Origin: a virus
Strand: one strand, 5' to 3'
IMG/VR virus record: IMGVR_UViG_3300040959_000769
Span: 64,001 to 128,000 of that record
Length of the DNA stretch: 64,000 nucleotides
In this document: in pieces, positions 18,450 through 27,330 of the stretch
Layout: every line of letters starts with the position of its first letter
How positions within the stretch are numbered: the stretch's first letter is position 1
The notes under the pieces: model-generated
Database searches by the model: none
The model's input: only the letters and a program-made list of their open reading frames with translations
Told to the model about the DNA's origin: nothing
Position numbers and translations under genes: made by a program

Positions 18450-19615
18450 CACGCCAACGAATGTTTCTTGACATGACATGTGTTGACGCTGCACGCGAGC
18501 GTATCCGACACGTCTACGACACCTTTGACACAGTATGCGTCCAGTTTTCAGGAGGCAAAGATTCAACTGCCGTCCTGTACCTAGCGAAAGAAATCCACGA
18601 AGAACGAAACCTCGGACCAGTCAAAGTCATCTTCAGAGATGAAGAAATGGTCTCACCCGTGGTGGTTAAATATCTTGAAGAAGTAAGAAATTACGACTGG
18701 GTGGACATGGAGTGGTACTGCTTGCCACAGGGTCAAGAGATCTGGGTTCTAGGTCGAAGAGAGTACTGCTTGCTTTGGTCAGAAAAACGCGCAAAAGAAG
18801 GTCGCCTGTACCGGGAGATGCCGGATTGGGCTATCCGCGCAGAACACTTCGGTCTGGATCCGAGTAAAACCATCACTCAATCAATTGACTACTACACGAT
18901 GCAGGGGAAGAAGGGAAGAACCGCATTCCTCACTGGTGTTCGTGCGAATGAGTCCATGATTAGGTACAGGTCATGTGTTCAGAAACTCCACGAAAACTAC
19001 ATCAACATCCCTTACAGGATGAAAAAATCAATACCGCTTCGGTTCGCCAAAATCATTTATGACTGGACTACAGATGATGTGTTGAAATTCATCAGTGAAG
19101 AACACAATGCTTCCTACTGCGAATACTACGACCTTGCTGCGATCACCAAATCAAATACTCGTGTTGGTATCCCTCTGCATGCAGTAGCAATCCGGCGGAT
19201 AGGCGATGTGGTCGCCACCGAGCCCGAATTCTACGACCGGCTATACGAATGCTTCCCGCAAATTGACACGCAACGTCGCTGGTGGCCAGAGTTTGACATT
19301 GAGAACATGATAAAAACGTATGCAACTCTCGGGTGGGAGGGCGTCAAGTTATGCATTGACGACAACATGCTCACGCCAGGCATCAGGAAACGAGCTTTAG
19401 CGTTTTCTGCCGAATTTAGAAAGAAGCACACAAAGGATCCGTACTCGTATCCGATCTCTTGGCTGATTCGCAACCTGCTTCTCAACGAGTTCAACATCTC
19501 ATCAGTGAGCCCTGTTGGACCAAAAACTCGAGCCCATACCGTACGAATCGCAGAAGAGGAAGCCAACGAACTCGCAGCCTTGGATGCACTTGACTATCAG
19601 GATGACAGCCGATGA
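18446..19615 (+). CDS. PAPS-reductase-like PP-loop protein (IbrA/YbdN-like)
   Basis: QFSGGKDS PP-loop, FRDEE, TGVRANESMIR, IYDW, RVGIPLH. Confidence 0.85.
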   Translation: MTRQRMFLDMTCVDAARERIRHVYDTFDTVCVQFSGGKDSTAVLYLAKEIHEERNLGPVKVIFRDEEMVSPVVVKYLEEVRNYDWVDMEWYCLPQGQEIWVLGRREYCLLWSEKRAKEGRLYREMPDWAIRAEHFGLDPSKTITQSIDYYTMQGKKGRTAFLTGVRANESMIRYRSCVQKLHENYINIPYRMKKSIPLRFAKIIYDWTTDDVLKFISEEHNASYCEYYDLAAITKSNTRVGIPLHAVAIRRIGDVVATEPEFYDRLYECFPQIDTQRRWWPEFDIENMIKTYATLGWEGVKLCIDDNMLTPGIRKRALAFSAEFRKKHTKDPYSYPISWLIRNLLLNEFNISSVSPVGPKTRAHTVRIAEEEANELAALDALDYQDDSR

Positions 19616-20169
19616 ATATGTTAGAAATTCAATGGGTTAACGGACAAGACCTTAACGCCGCAGAGTGGCGAGCAAACTACGTTTTGCAACCAGATCTTCG
19701 CGTGCTCTACCAAAGCATGAAAGATTACGGCTGGATCCAACCAATCATTGTCCAAAAGAAAACCAACGTGATCATTGACGGTCACTACAGGTGGGAAATT
19801 GCTGGCTCCCTGAAACCGTTTGAAAAGAAATACAAGTCCCTTGTACCCGTGGTCTACGAAGACTGTAGTGACACAGAGGCAATGATGATGCACCTGCGAC
19901 TCAACAGGGGTCGGGGGTCTGTTGCAGGCAAACAGATGGCACGAATCATCAGAAAAGTAAAAATGTCACGCAAGTACGATGAAAAAGATTTCAAGCGTTT
20001 ACTTGCAATGCACTATGACGAAATTGACATTATGGTTGATGGAACCCTTCTGAAGAGTAGGAATATCGCTGATCACAAGTATTCAAACGCTTGGATACCA
20101 GTTGAAGCGCCCGCAGATGCAACCGAAACGGCATCAATTATTGAACGCCCACCAAATGCGGATAGATGA
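19612..20169 (+). CDS. ParB-like partner protein (IbrB/YbdM-like)
   Basis: L.AAEWRANYV...SMKDYGWIQPIIV...IIDGHYR...HLRLNRGRG; ATGA overlap with the PAPS-reductase gene. Confidence 0.82.
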   Translation: MNMLEIQWVNGQDLNAAEWRANYVLQPDLRVLYQSMKDYGWIQPIIVQKKTNVIIDGHYRWEIAGSLKPFEKKYKSLVPVVYEDCSDTEAMMMHLRLNRGRGSVAGKQMARIIRKVKMSRKYDEKDFKRLLAMHYDEIDIMVDGTLLKSRNIADHKYSNAWIPVEAPADATETASIIERPPNADR

Positions 20170-20184
20170 TAAAATTTAGAAGTT

Positions 20185-20373
20185 ATGCCAACTCCATCCT
20201 TTTTACCTGACGAAGAAGTAAGCCCAGGAGATCGACGTCGTCGTCCTTCTTGGTGGCGTCGTGCCCTTGCAGCACTTCTGCGTTCACTTGGCAGAACAAG
20301 TCGCCCAGGTCAGTTCCGAGATCTCGCCCCCCGCAGATTCGGCGGTGCAGGTCGCGGTGGCGACGAAATCTGA
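20185..20373 (+). CDS. Small Arg-rich hypothetical protein
   Basis: 62-aa ORF filling the gap; TGnTAAAAT upstream. Confidence 0.45.
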   Translation: MPTPSFLPDEEVSPGDRRRRPSWWRRALAALLRSLGRTSRPGQFRDLAPRRFGGAGRGGDEI

Positions 20374-20414
20374 TGCTAAGGTGATTTGATACTCGCACCT
20401 GAAAGCATTGGTTA

Positions 20415-21482
20415 ATGAAAATTGGGATTGCATCCAACGACTGGTCGCGAACAGTCTTCAATCAGTACGGAAACGTTCCAGGCGGAGCTAACTACATCCG
20501 CCTACAGCAATGGCAACGCCACTCTGAACACAAGTATGTCTCTGGACTTTTAGCAACTCACCCGAACAAAGGTTTCGGAATTGTTGACCATCGAGGAACT
20601 CAGCACTACGACATTGATGTAGTGATCATGCAGCGAATCATGCATCGTCAATTGACAGAAGATCTAATGAGCCCCAAAAACAGAAATAAATTAGTTATCA
20701 ATGATTTAGATGACTGGTACTGGGGTTTGCATCGCGACAATCTTGCTTATCAAAGACTGCAAGAAAATGCTGACAGCGACGAAACACTTGACTACTACAA
20801 AAGCAATATAAAACTCTCAGATGTAGTGGTTGTCTCAACACCTTTCCTGTTTTCAAAGATGGCACACGAATTCAGTATTGGATCAGACAAAGTCCACATG
20901 ATTGAAAACAGAGTTGATACCGACAAGTACAAGAGAAAACCAATTTCATCAAAGAAGCCAATCCTTGGATGGGTCGGGTCAACGCTACACCGTTCCATGG
21001 ATCTGGAGATATTGCAGGATTCACTATCCGACGGGGAATACCGCATGCACCACACCGGCTACGCTGGTGGACCAACAATGGCAAGCAAAATAGGCATTGA
21101 TCCAGGAAGAGTCACAACATCACCGATGTTCGATCCGTATCAGTATGGTCAGAAAGCCTTCACATCCTTTGATGTCGGGCTTGCACCTCTTAACGATGTT
21201 CCGTTCAATCACGCCAAGTCATGGATCAAAGCGATCGAATATGCCGCCGCAGGAATCCCATTCGTATGTTCGGACATCAGCGAATACCGGCGTCTGCAAA
21301 CCACATACGGAATAGGTCGTCTAGCTTCAACATCAGACGAGTGGAAACAACACCTCGCGGAACTAAAGAACCACTCAGTCAGGAAAGAAGAATCAGAAAA
21401 GGTCTACAAAACGGTACGTGAGCATCTTGACGTTCGTGAAATGGCCAAAGATTGGGATGCTTTAATTAGCAACTACACGTAG
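20415..21482 (+). CDS. GT-B fold (GT4-like) glycosyltransferase
   Basis: DLDDWYW, DVVVVST, LGWVGS, DVGLAPL...FNHAKSWIKAIEYAAAGIPFVCSD. Confidence 0.88.
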   Translation: MKIGIASNDWSRTVFNQYGNVPGGANYIRLQQWQRHSEHKYVSGLLATHPNKGFGIVDHRGTQHYDIDVVIMQRIMHRQLTEDLMSPKNRNKLVINDLDDWYWGLHRDNLAYQRLQENADSDETLDYYKSNIKLSDVVVVSTPFLFSKMAHEFSIGSDKVHMIENRVDTDKYKRKPISSKKPILGWVGSTLHRSMDLEILQDSLSDGEYRMHHTGYAGGPTMASKIGIDPGRVTTSPMFDPYQYGQKAFTSFDVGLAPLNDVPFNHAKSWIKAIEYAAAGIPFVCSDISEYRRLQTTYGIGRLASTSDEWKQHLAELKNHSVRKEESEKVYKTVREHLDVREMAKDWDALISNYT

Positions 21483-21483
21483 G

Positions 21484-22236
21484 TCACAAGAAATACAAAG
21501 CCCCCGACCCGCCGTGGCGAGCATATCTATCCTTCATCGTTTCACTCTCCATCTCTGACTTCCTCACCTCGTAAGGAGGTAAAGGTCCGCGATGAAATTC
21601 GTGAGAATAAGTCCCACAGTAATGACCGATCAAAGTTGGCCGATGTGGGTTTGATCTAACTCGAGATCCACGGTGGTAGGTCTGGGAGTGCCAACCTACG
21701 ACATCACCCTTGCTGCCTTCAAAACGATAAATCTTTGGCTTCTTCTCCGCAATTTCAACCAAGATTCTTTGATTGACAATCTCGTCCTCAGCGTCTTTGT
21801 GATTTTCTCCGTCAAAAGAAATATGTTCCCACTTGTGAGAACCAACGATCAACTCAAAAGGTCCAGACTGGTCGTCAAGTTCACCCAAAGCGACAATCAC
21901 GCCAACATAAGTTGAGTTGGCATGAGGATCAGGCAGCAAAGCGTCCTTGTGCCAGCCGCACTGGGTGGATCTCTGCATGGTCATTTCTACGTGCAGAGCT
22001 GCCGCCATCTCAATTTCTTCAAAGGCACTTTCAATGGCTTGATGGCAAAGCACGTCAAGAATTTCCGGGTGCTCCAAGTATTTCGTGCTACGTCCCCATC
22101 CGTCAAGAGATTCACCATGGTTATGTTGGTACATCTCCAAATATGAATCAATAACCTCCCCAGGGATAGCGCTTTGCAACACAAAAAATCCGTCTTGCTC
22201 GTACTGCTCCGCAACGCTTCTTTTGTCGTTCATCAT
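21484..22236 (-). CDS. PhyH (phytanoyl-CoA dioxygenase)-like Fe(II)/2OG oxygenase
   Basis: GWHKD, VIVALG...SGPFELIVGSH, GDVVGWHSQTYHRG. Confidence 0.85.
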   Translation of the reverse strand: MMNDKRSVAEQYEQDGFFVLQSAIPGEVIDSYLEMYQHNHGESLDGWGRSTKYLEHPEILDVLCHQAIESAFEEIEMAAALHVEMTMQRSTQCGWHKDALLPDPHANSTYVGVIVALGELDDQSGPFELIVGSHKWEHISFDGENHKDAEDEIVNQRILVEIAEKKPKIYRFEGSKGDVVGWHSQTYHRGSRVRSNPHRPTLIGHYCGTYSHEFHRGPLPPYEVRKSEMESETMKDRYARHGGSGALYFL

Positions 22237-23057
22237 TCTCCCGAGTTATGCATGTTGGCTCGATACCAGCCGGAACCGTGCCACCGCATATCTGGATCGC
22301 GTTCCATTGATTCGACTACTTCACTAAGTTGTGGTCGTTCTGTTGACTCTGACCAAGTCCAATGATTGGAAAAATGCCCAATCAATGCTGGTCTCGGAAT
22401 GTTCCTACGTGGCGGAGAACCGCGATGAATTACCCTGCTGTTCCAGAACAGTGCATCGCCCTTCTTCGGCATGAAAGTTGTGACCTCATGTTCGTTATTA
22501 TCCATCGCCATTTGACACATGTGGAGCATCCCCAAGCGATTGTCTTTGCCGAACGATATGTCAAGATCCCAGCGATGAGAACCCTTCAGGTATTGGAATG
22601 GACCTGAACCCTCATCAATGTCAGCCAAAGCGATCCACACTCCAAGATATTGATCTGCACCGTTGGGATTGTCGTTGAGTTCATCAACGTGCCATCCGGT
22701 GTTTGACGATCTCCAGTAGGTCAGATCGGAGTGCAAGGCAAGGCACATGTCAAGTTTTGTGAAGGTGTCCGAAATTGACTGATGAAGAAGCAGATCTCGA
22801 ATCTCCGGATACTCCAAGTACATCTGGTCAATGCCGGTGAAGCGCTGATGGTTATCGTCAAAGGTGAAGGTTTTGTGCCAAAAGTTGTTGACGTAGTCAT
22901 CAATGACCGCATGCGGCACCAAACCAGGGCATTCAACTACCCCGTTTTTTTGAAATGTTTGGAGAAGTGTTTCAGTTTTGCCTGTCAAGGTGGACGATTG
23001 CGACAATTTTTTCTCCATCGGTGCATGCGAGAGATTCGTACACGAGACTACCATCAA
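22233..23057 (-). CDS. PhyH-like Fe(II)/2OG oxygenase (paralog of 21484)
   Basis: GWHVD, VWIALAD...SGPFQYLKGSH, GDALFWNSRVIHRG. The true start is probably downstream of 23057. Confidence 0.85.
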   Translation of the reverse strand: MMVVSCTNLSHAPMEKKLSQSSTLTGKTETLLQTFQKNGVVECPGLVPHAVIDDYVNNFWHKTFTFDDNHQRFTGIDQMYLEYPEIRDLLLHQSISDTFTKLDMCLALHSDLTYWRSSNTGWHVDELNDNPNGADQYLGVWIALADIDEGSGPFQYLKGSHRWDLDISFGKDNRLGMLHMCQMAMDNNEHEVTTFMPKKGDALFWNSRVIHRGSPPRRNIPRPALIGHFSNHWTWSESTERPQLSEVVESMERDPDMRWHGSGWYRANMHNSGE

Positions 23058-24537
23058 TCAACATTGCATCCCCAGAGCAGGGCTTATCTAAAATTGTTGT
23101 GCCTTCTTTTTCGCGTATCACAATGTTTCCATTTTTGTAATCGTCGTTCAAGAAGAAAATCAGTGTCGTCGTTCCCGCCATCTCAACGTTATATGTTTCA
23201 CCTTCTGGCGCACCAGCACCAGATCCTTCAACGAACTTCATGTGCGACAAGGAATTACCCAGGTCGTAAGCAAGATGCCTACATCCAAAGAATTCATCTG
23301 CATGTTTGATTACTTGAGCTATTGAATCGCCGATGTTTTCATACAAAACATTTGAGTAATGCGCTTCGTTTACGAGGTGTAGATGTGTTGACTCGGGAGG
23401 TGAGTCCGGACGCAGATTTTGCCATTCTGCTGATTTTAGGTTTGGGTAAATCTCTGAAGAGTCAAAGCATTCCTCAATGATGAGTACGCCTTCAACTTCA
23501 GGTGTCTTTAAACGCATTGTTTTGTCTTTCTTCACAAGAGATGAATCAACAAGTCGTCTTTCCATCGGATCCGCCTGTGTGCCAACAGCGAAACACCAGT
23601 TTCCACGGAAGCGTCGTTGCCCCTCCTGCATTCCACCCCTGACTCCGTGAGCCATTCGGAACAGGTCAGGCAACGCAAAATCACCTTCATCCCATTTATG
23701 CCACATCTGGATGTCGTTGTTGTAAGTAATTTCTTCAGTGATCTTCACCATCAGGCGATCGAAAAATTCAATTTCTTCTTTTGTGGGTTGCCTGCCGTCA
23801 AAGAGAACTAGATGATCTTGGATGCCCCAAGGCGCACTACATGGGCAAACGCGCAGCGTGTCTCTGCCTGATGCGGGGTGAGGGTCTACGGCTTGCCTGG
23901 AGTAAGAATTGATGTAAGAGTCGCCATCAATCATGGTGACTTTGTCGCGTTTTGCCTGCACAAAAAGATCTGCCATGGACAGGTTTTCGTCATAGGGGGC
24001 TTCATAAATTGCCTCTATGAATTTTCGACTCAGTTTGTAGGGGTCGCCTTGTTGCCAGTTGGGAACGTGAATGATCCTGGACTTTTTTAGGAATTCTTTT
24101 TCCGGCTCAGCAAGATCGTCGTACATCTTGCACATATCAACGAGCCCGGTTTTCCCGAATTCGCTACTGCACGCAAAAAGCTCCATGTTCCACCCGGCGG
24201 CATACTGTGGCCACCGCATAGCAACGCCTTCTACATGCCATTGGATTAGATCTTTTTCAGGTGAGTTGACGCCATCCTCTTCGTCCTGCCTGATCGCCTT
24301 ATCGTGATCCTGCATGTATGGCCAACTAAGAGTGTCTTCGCGAGGTCCGTTGTCATCAGTTGCGAAAGCAGTGAAGTTCAACTCGGGGCCAAGCGCTCTA
24401 AAGATTTTCACTACTTCAGCGTCAGAGAAGTACGCTTTTTTGAAAACGATCATTCCATGCTGCTTGTAAGCAGCGGCGTACAAAGATGGGTTTTCAACTA
24501 CTTGCTCAACTGTGTGTTGATCAAATTCAACAATCAT
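22972..24537 (-). CDS. TauD/TfdA-like dioxygenase fused to a degenerate P4H-like 2OG domain
   Basis: QWHVE, GKTGLVDM, HKWDEGDFALPDLFRMAHGVR. The C-terminal IFFLNDDYKNG domain lacks HxD and the distal His. Confidence 0.75.
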   Translation of the reverse strand: MIVEFDQHTVEQVVENPSLYAAAYKQHGMIVFKKAYFSDAEVVKIFRALGPELNFTAFATDDNGPREDTLSWPYMQDHDKAIRQDEEDGVNSPEKDLIQWHVEGVAMRWPQYAAGWNMELFACSSEFGKTGLVDMCKMYDDLAEPEKEFLKKSRIIHVPNWQQGDPYKLSRKFIEAIYEAPYDENLSMADLFVQAKRDKVTMIDGDSYINSYSRQAVDPHPASGRDTLRVCPCSAPWGIQDHLVLFDGRQPTKEEIEFFDRLMVKITEEITYNNDIQMWHKWDEGDFALPDLFRMAHGVRGGMQEGQRRFRGNWCFAVGTQADPMERRLVDSSLVKKDKTMRLKTPEVEGVLIIEECFDSSEIYPNLKSAEWQNLRPDSPPESTHLHLVNEAHYSNVLYENIGDSIAQVIKHADEFFGCRHLAYDLGNSLSHMKFVEGSGAGAPEGETYNVEMAGTTTLIFFLNDDYKNGNIVIREKEGTTILDKPCSGDAMLIDGSLVYESLACTDGEKIVAIVHLDRQN

Positions 24538-25202
24538 TTTTCGTCGTCGTATTCCTCAGCCAAGAAGTACTCAATCGCTGCTCGAATACGTTTCAACCCT
24601 TCTTTTGGACCGTATTCGTCGTAGCCGGTCTCAAAGTTTGCTGGCAGCAGGCACCCGTTAGTGAATCGTGCTCGCCGCTTGCCGTCACGGGAAACAATAA
24701 ACTTCTCAAAGTTGCCCAAAATCAACGAACCTGGATCAATACCAAGCCTCTTATAGATGGGGTGTGGCTCAAATGAGCGGTCGTCGTCTTCTCGGCTGTA
24801 ACGAGATTTAACCAACTCGGTGAACGGTAGACGGACTCGGTAGTTGTAAAAGGCGTAGTTGTAAGCCTCTTCAGCCGTGCTCGTCGAGTTGTTTGCAAAG
24901 TCGCCATACGCGAACTCGCAATAGTCGTTAGTTGGCACGCAAACAATTTGAAAACCCTGATCTTCATAGTCGTATTGCAGAACCTGAAGCATCGGATACT
25001 GCATTGAGTTTCCGCACTCTCCTGTCACGTTGACAATCATGGTGACGTTACCGCGTTGATTAGTGATCAGATCGCCTTCTTCGCTGTCAAAAGGCAAAAG
25101 CGGAATGTCGTAAACGCTTTCCCCGTCAGCAGTTGGGCCAAGATCATGTTCGGAGACGAGTAGATCCATCATTTCTTGTGAAATTGACTCAATTTTCGCC
25201 AT
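24534..25202 (-). CDS. Glutathione-peroxidase-like protein (divergent)
   Basis: IVNVTGECGNSMQY, VCVPTND, NFEKFIVSRDG; start reassigned to MAKIES, 6 nt after a TATTAT hexamer. Confidence 0.8.
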   Translation of the reverse strand: MAKIESISQEMMDLLVSEHDLGPTADGESVYDIPLLPFDSEEGDLITNQRGNVTMIVNVTGECGNSMQYPMLQVLQYDYEDQGFQIVCVPTNDYCEFAYGDFANNSTSTAEEAYNYAFYNYRVRLPFTELVKSRYSREDDDRSFEPHPIYKRLGIDPGSLILGNFEKFIVSRDGKRRARFTNGCLLPANFETGYDEYGPKEGLKRIRAAIEYFLAEEYDDEK

Positions 25203-25208
25203 GCAGGG

Positions 25209-25260
25209 ATAATACCATTCCCTTGCTCCTCGGCGATAAAACCCCAAAATATGCTACAAT
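25209..25260. promoter_or_regulatory. Divergent promoter pair: TGGTATTAT (minus, 25209-25217) and TGcTACAAT (plus, 25252-25260)
   Basis: Extended -10-like motifs in the gap between divergent genes. Confidence 0.55.
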
Positions 25261-25293
25261 CGGTGTTGCACCAGTGTTCTGTAGGAGACGAAG

Positions 25294-25545
25294 ATGGTAG
25301 CTCTCAACAATATCAACAATGACCAAAAACTCTATCATTTGAATCTTATCAAAGAGTCTGCTGAAGAGTTGATTATCGTTGCAGCGCTTCACGCTGGAGT
25401 AAACCCAGAAACCATTGACACTGGCACGCACCCACTGCCCGACAGTTTTGACACAGAGGCAGAAGACTTCAACCAACTGGACGTCAACCTGGCGGAACGG
25501 GTCAAGCAGTACAACGATCTCGTCACGCGAATCAACTCACTCTGA
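25294..25545 (+). CDS. Small acidic helical protein (paralog 1)
   Basis: 83 aa, GGAG RBS, ...AEELIIVAALHAGVNPETID. Confidence 0.75.
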   Translation: MVALNNINNDQKLYHLNLIKESAEELIIVAALHAGVNPETIDTGTHPLPDSFDTEAEDFNQLDVNLAERVKQYNDLVTRINSL

Positions 25546-25552
25546 GGTCAAA

Positions 25553-25765
25553 ATGATTTTCTCAATCTCCAACGAAAAGAAAAGAAGCGCCGCACTCAAT
25601 GGTGTTGCCGCATGCGAAGAAGACGTATTCATGGCTTGCATGTCACTCAACATCGATCCAGTATCAGTTGCTGACGACTATTCCAGCGATGACCCCTCCT
25701 ACGAAGTATTGTCAGATGCAATGCAAAAACTCCGAGACGCAAAGGCGTACTTGGCAGCACTCTGA
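25553..25765 (+). CDS. Small acidic helical protein (paralog 2)
   Basis: Start reassigned to MIFSIS after GAGG; ...CEEDVFMACMSLNIDPVSV. Confidence 0.75.
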   Translation: MIFSISNEKKRSAALNGVAACEEDVFMACMSLNIDPVSVADDYSSDDPSYEVLSDAMQKLRDAKAYLAAL

Positions 25766-25780
25766 CGCTAGGAGCACAAA

Positions 25781-25993
25781 ATGGCATTGTCAGCAGCTCA
25801 AATCGCTCAAGCGAGAAGCGAAGCCCAAGACTTCTTGGAGTACTCAATCTTCGTGCTTTGCACGTTTCTGGAAGTTGACCCAGAAACAGCAACGTCCGCA
25901 ATGGAAATCCCCGTTTCCGAAGCAGATCTAAACTATTACAACTACGTCTCGCTGAAGCGACAATTGTCGGCATTTGAGGCTCTAACGGCATGA
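25781..25993 (+). CDS. Small acidic helical protein (paralog 3)
   Basis: AGGAG RBS; ...LEYSIFVLCTFLEVDPETAT. Confidence 0.75.
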   Translation: MALSAAQIAQARSEAQDFLEYSIFVLCTFLEVDPETATSAMEIPVSEADLNYYNYVSLKRQLSAFEALTA

Positions 25994-26220
25994 AGTTTTC
26001 GTCACCTCACCTTCGAGCCGTTCTGGATGGGGATGATCGACATCCAAGCGAAATCGCTACATCAACTGGACGCTTCGTGCCTGAGGAAGAAACACCCGAA
26101 TCGGAAAGCGTCAACAACAACATGGGAGCCGCAATCACCTTCAACCCTTCCGTTGGAGCGCTTGAACTTGCCGAAGAAGGTGCAGTCATCATCTGCGAAA
26201 AAGTTAGAAAAGACACCTAA
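25990..26220 (+). CDS. Hypothetical protein
   Basis: 76 aa; ATGA overlap upstream and TAATG overlap downstream. Confidence 0.65.
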   Translation: MKFSSPHLRAVLDGDDRHPSEIATSTGRFVPEEETPESESVNNNMGAAITFNPSVGALELAEEGAVIICEKVRKDT

Positions 26221-26555
26221 TGGCCATCAGGACCTCAACTCCAACATCAGGCAAGGTTTATAGCCCTCAGGCGGAACTTGACTGGACAAGCACACACTTG
26301 CTGTCATGCTTCTACATCTTGGGTCTCACAGAAGATGATATGGATACATACACCATTGACGACCTGGTTGATCGTTGCACTTGGATGTTTGAGCCACACA
26401 CCCTTGAGGCTTACCTGACTGTCTTAGGTAAAGAAAGATCATACGACCCCGGATTTTCTTTCGGCAGAAAACAGCGCAGTTGGATGGTTCTCCTAGTCAG
26501 AAGGTTCTGGCGTCGTCGCCATATTTCGCAGTACGAGGTGAACAGCGGTGTCTAG
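26220..26555 (+). CDS. Hypothetical protein
   Basis: 111 aa, translationally coupled ORF. Confidence 0.65.
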   Translation: MAIRTSTPTSGKVYSPQAELDWTSTHLLSCFYILGLTEDDMDTYTIDDLVDRCTWMFEPHTLEAYLTVLGKERSYDPGFSFGRKQRSWMVLLVRRFWRRRHISQYEVNSGV

Positions 26556-27321
26556 CAGCATTTTCCATAAAGGCGTCGTTGCTCGAAGCCTTTCCACTAA
26601 CCAAACTGGAACCACTTGGGAAGACGAGTTGAGCGTTGTGCGCGACTACTCCCGCCTCGCCGATGCGGCAATTACTGCCGCCAACGCTGACATGCGACAA
26701 GCTGCCGTTGGTCGAGACTGGTACTTCTGGAAATATTCCACGTGGCTAGGTGAACAAGACAACACATGGCTTGAATACGCTTGGCGCAACTACGTAGCAG
26801 TTAAATCTCTATATGGCGTTCTGAAGCCAAGAGACTTGGAAACAACTGAGAAAATTCTCATCTCTGGATCTTTCCCCATCCAGATGCACACGGCACACAT
26901 GCAGGCAGGGACAAAAGATTATTACTGGTTGAACTCACTTGAAACCAGAATCATGGAAGACACGCTGAACGAGAACGGAACCATCCCCAATCAACCAGAG
27001 TGCTCCTACAAAATCATTGACTTTGAAGACTTTGAGCAAGGCACAGTAACGGAATTTTTTGATTCAGCCCGCCTGCACACCCATGACTTCCTGACCCCGA
27101 ACCTAAATCTGGTTGACAACATGCTTGACTCAATCAGGGTAGGCGGAATCATGATGATTTACGATCTTGCTGAATTCGGCGCTTTGTACGAAGACGGCAT
27201 GCGCGCCCACGAAGAGCGAATGCACCGGATCAACCGCCGTATTGCCCAACGTGAAGACTACGAGGTGTATCACTTGGCACACGACGAGATCGGTACAGTT
27301 CTTGCCTACCGCATCGGCTAA
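26548..27321 (+). CDS. Putative class I SAM-dependent (O-)methyltransferase-fold protein
   Basis: C-terminal LVDNMLDSIRVGGIMMIYD ... INRRIAQREDYEVYHL...GTVLAYRI resembles O-methyltransferase C-termini. No clear motif I glycine loop. Confidence 0.45.
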   Translation: MSSSIFHKGVVARSLSTNQTGTTWEDELSVVRDYSRLADAAITAANADMRQAAVGRDWYFWKYSTWLGEQDNTWLEYAWRNYVAVKSLYGVLKPRDLETTEKILISGSFPIQMHTAHMQAGTKDYYWLNSLETRIMEDTLNENGTIPNQPECSYKIIDFEDFEQGTVTEFFDSARLHTHDFLTPNLNLVDNMLDSIRVGGIMMIYDLAEFGALYEDGMRAHEERMHRINRRIAQREDYEVYHLAHDEIGTVLAYRIG

Positions 27322-27330
27322 TATAAATAC

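Noticed and set aside
18446-19615. Auxiliary metabolic cysH for sulfate assimilation
   Set aside because: The coupled ParB-like partner and the FRDEE/RVGIPLH motifs fit the IbrA/YbdN subfamily, and no other sulfur-pathway genes are present.
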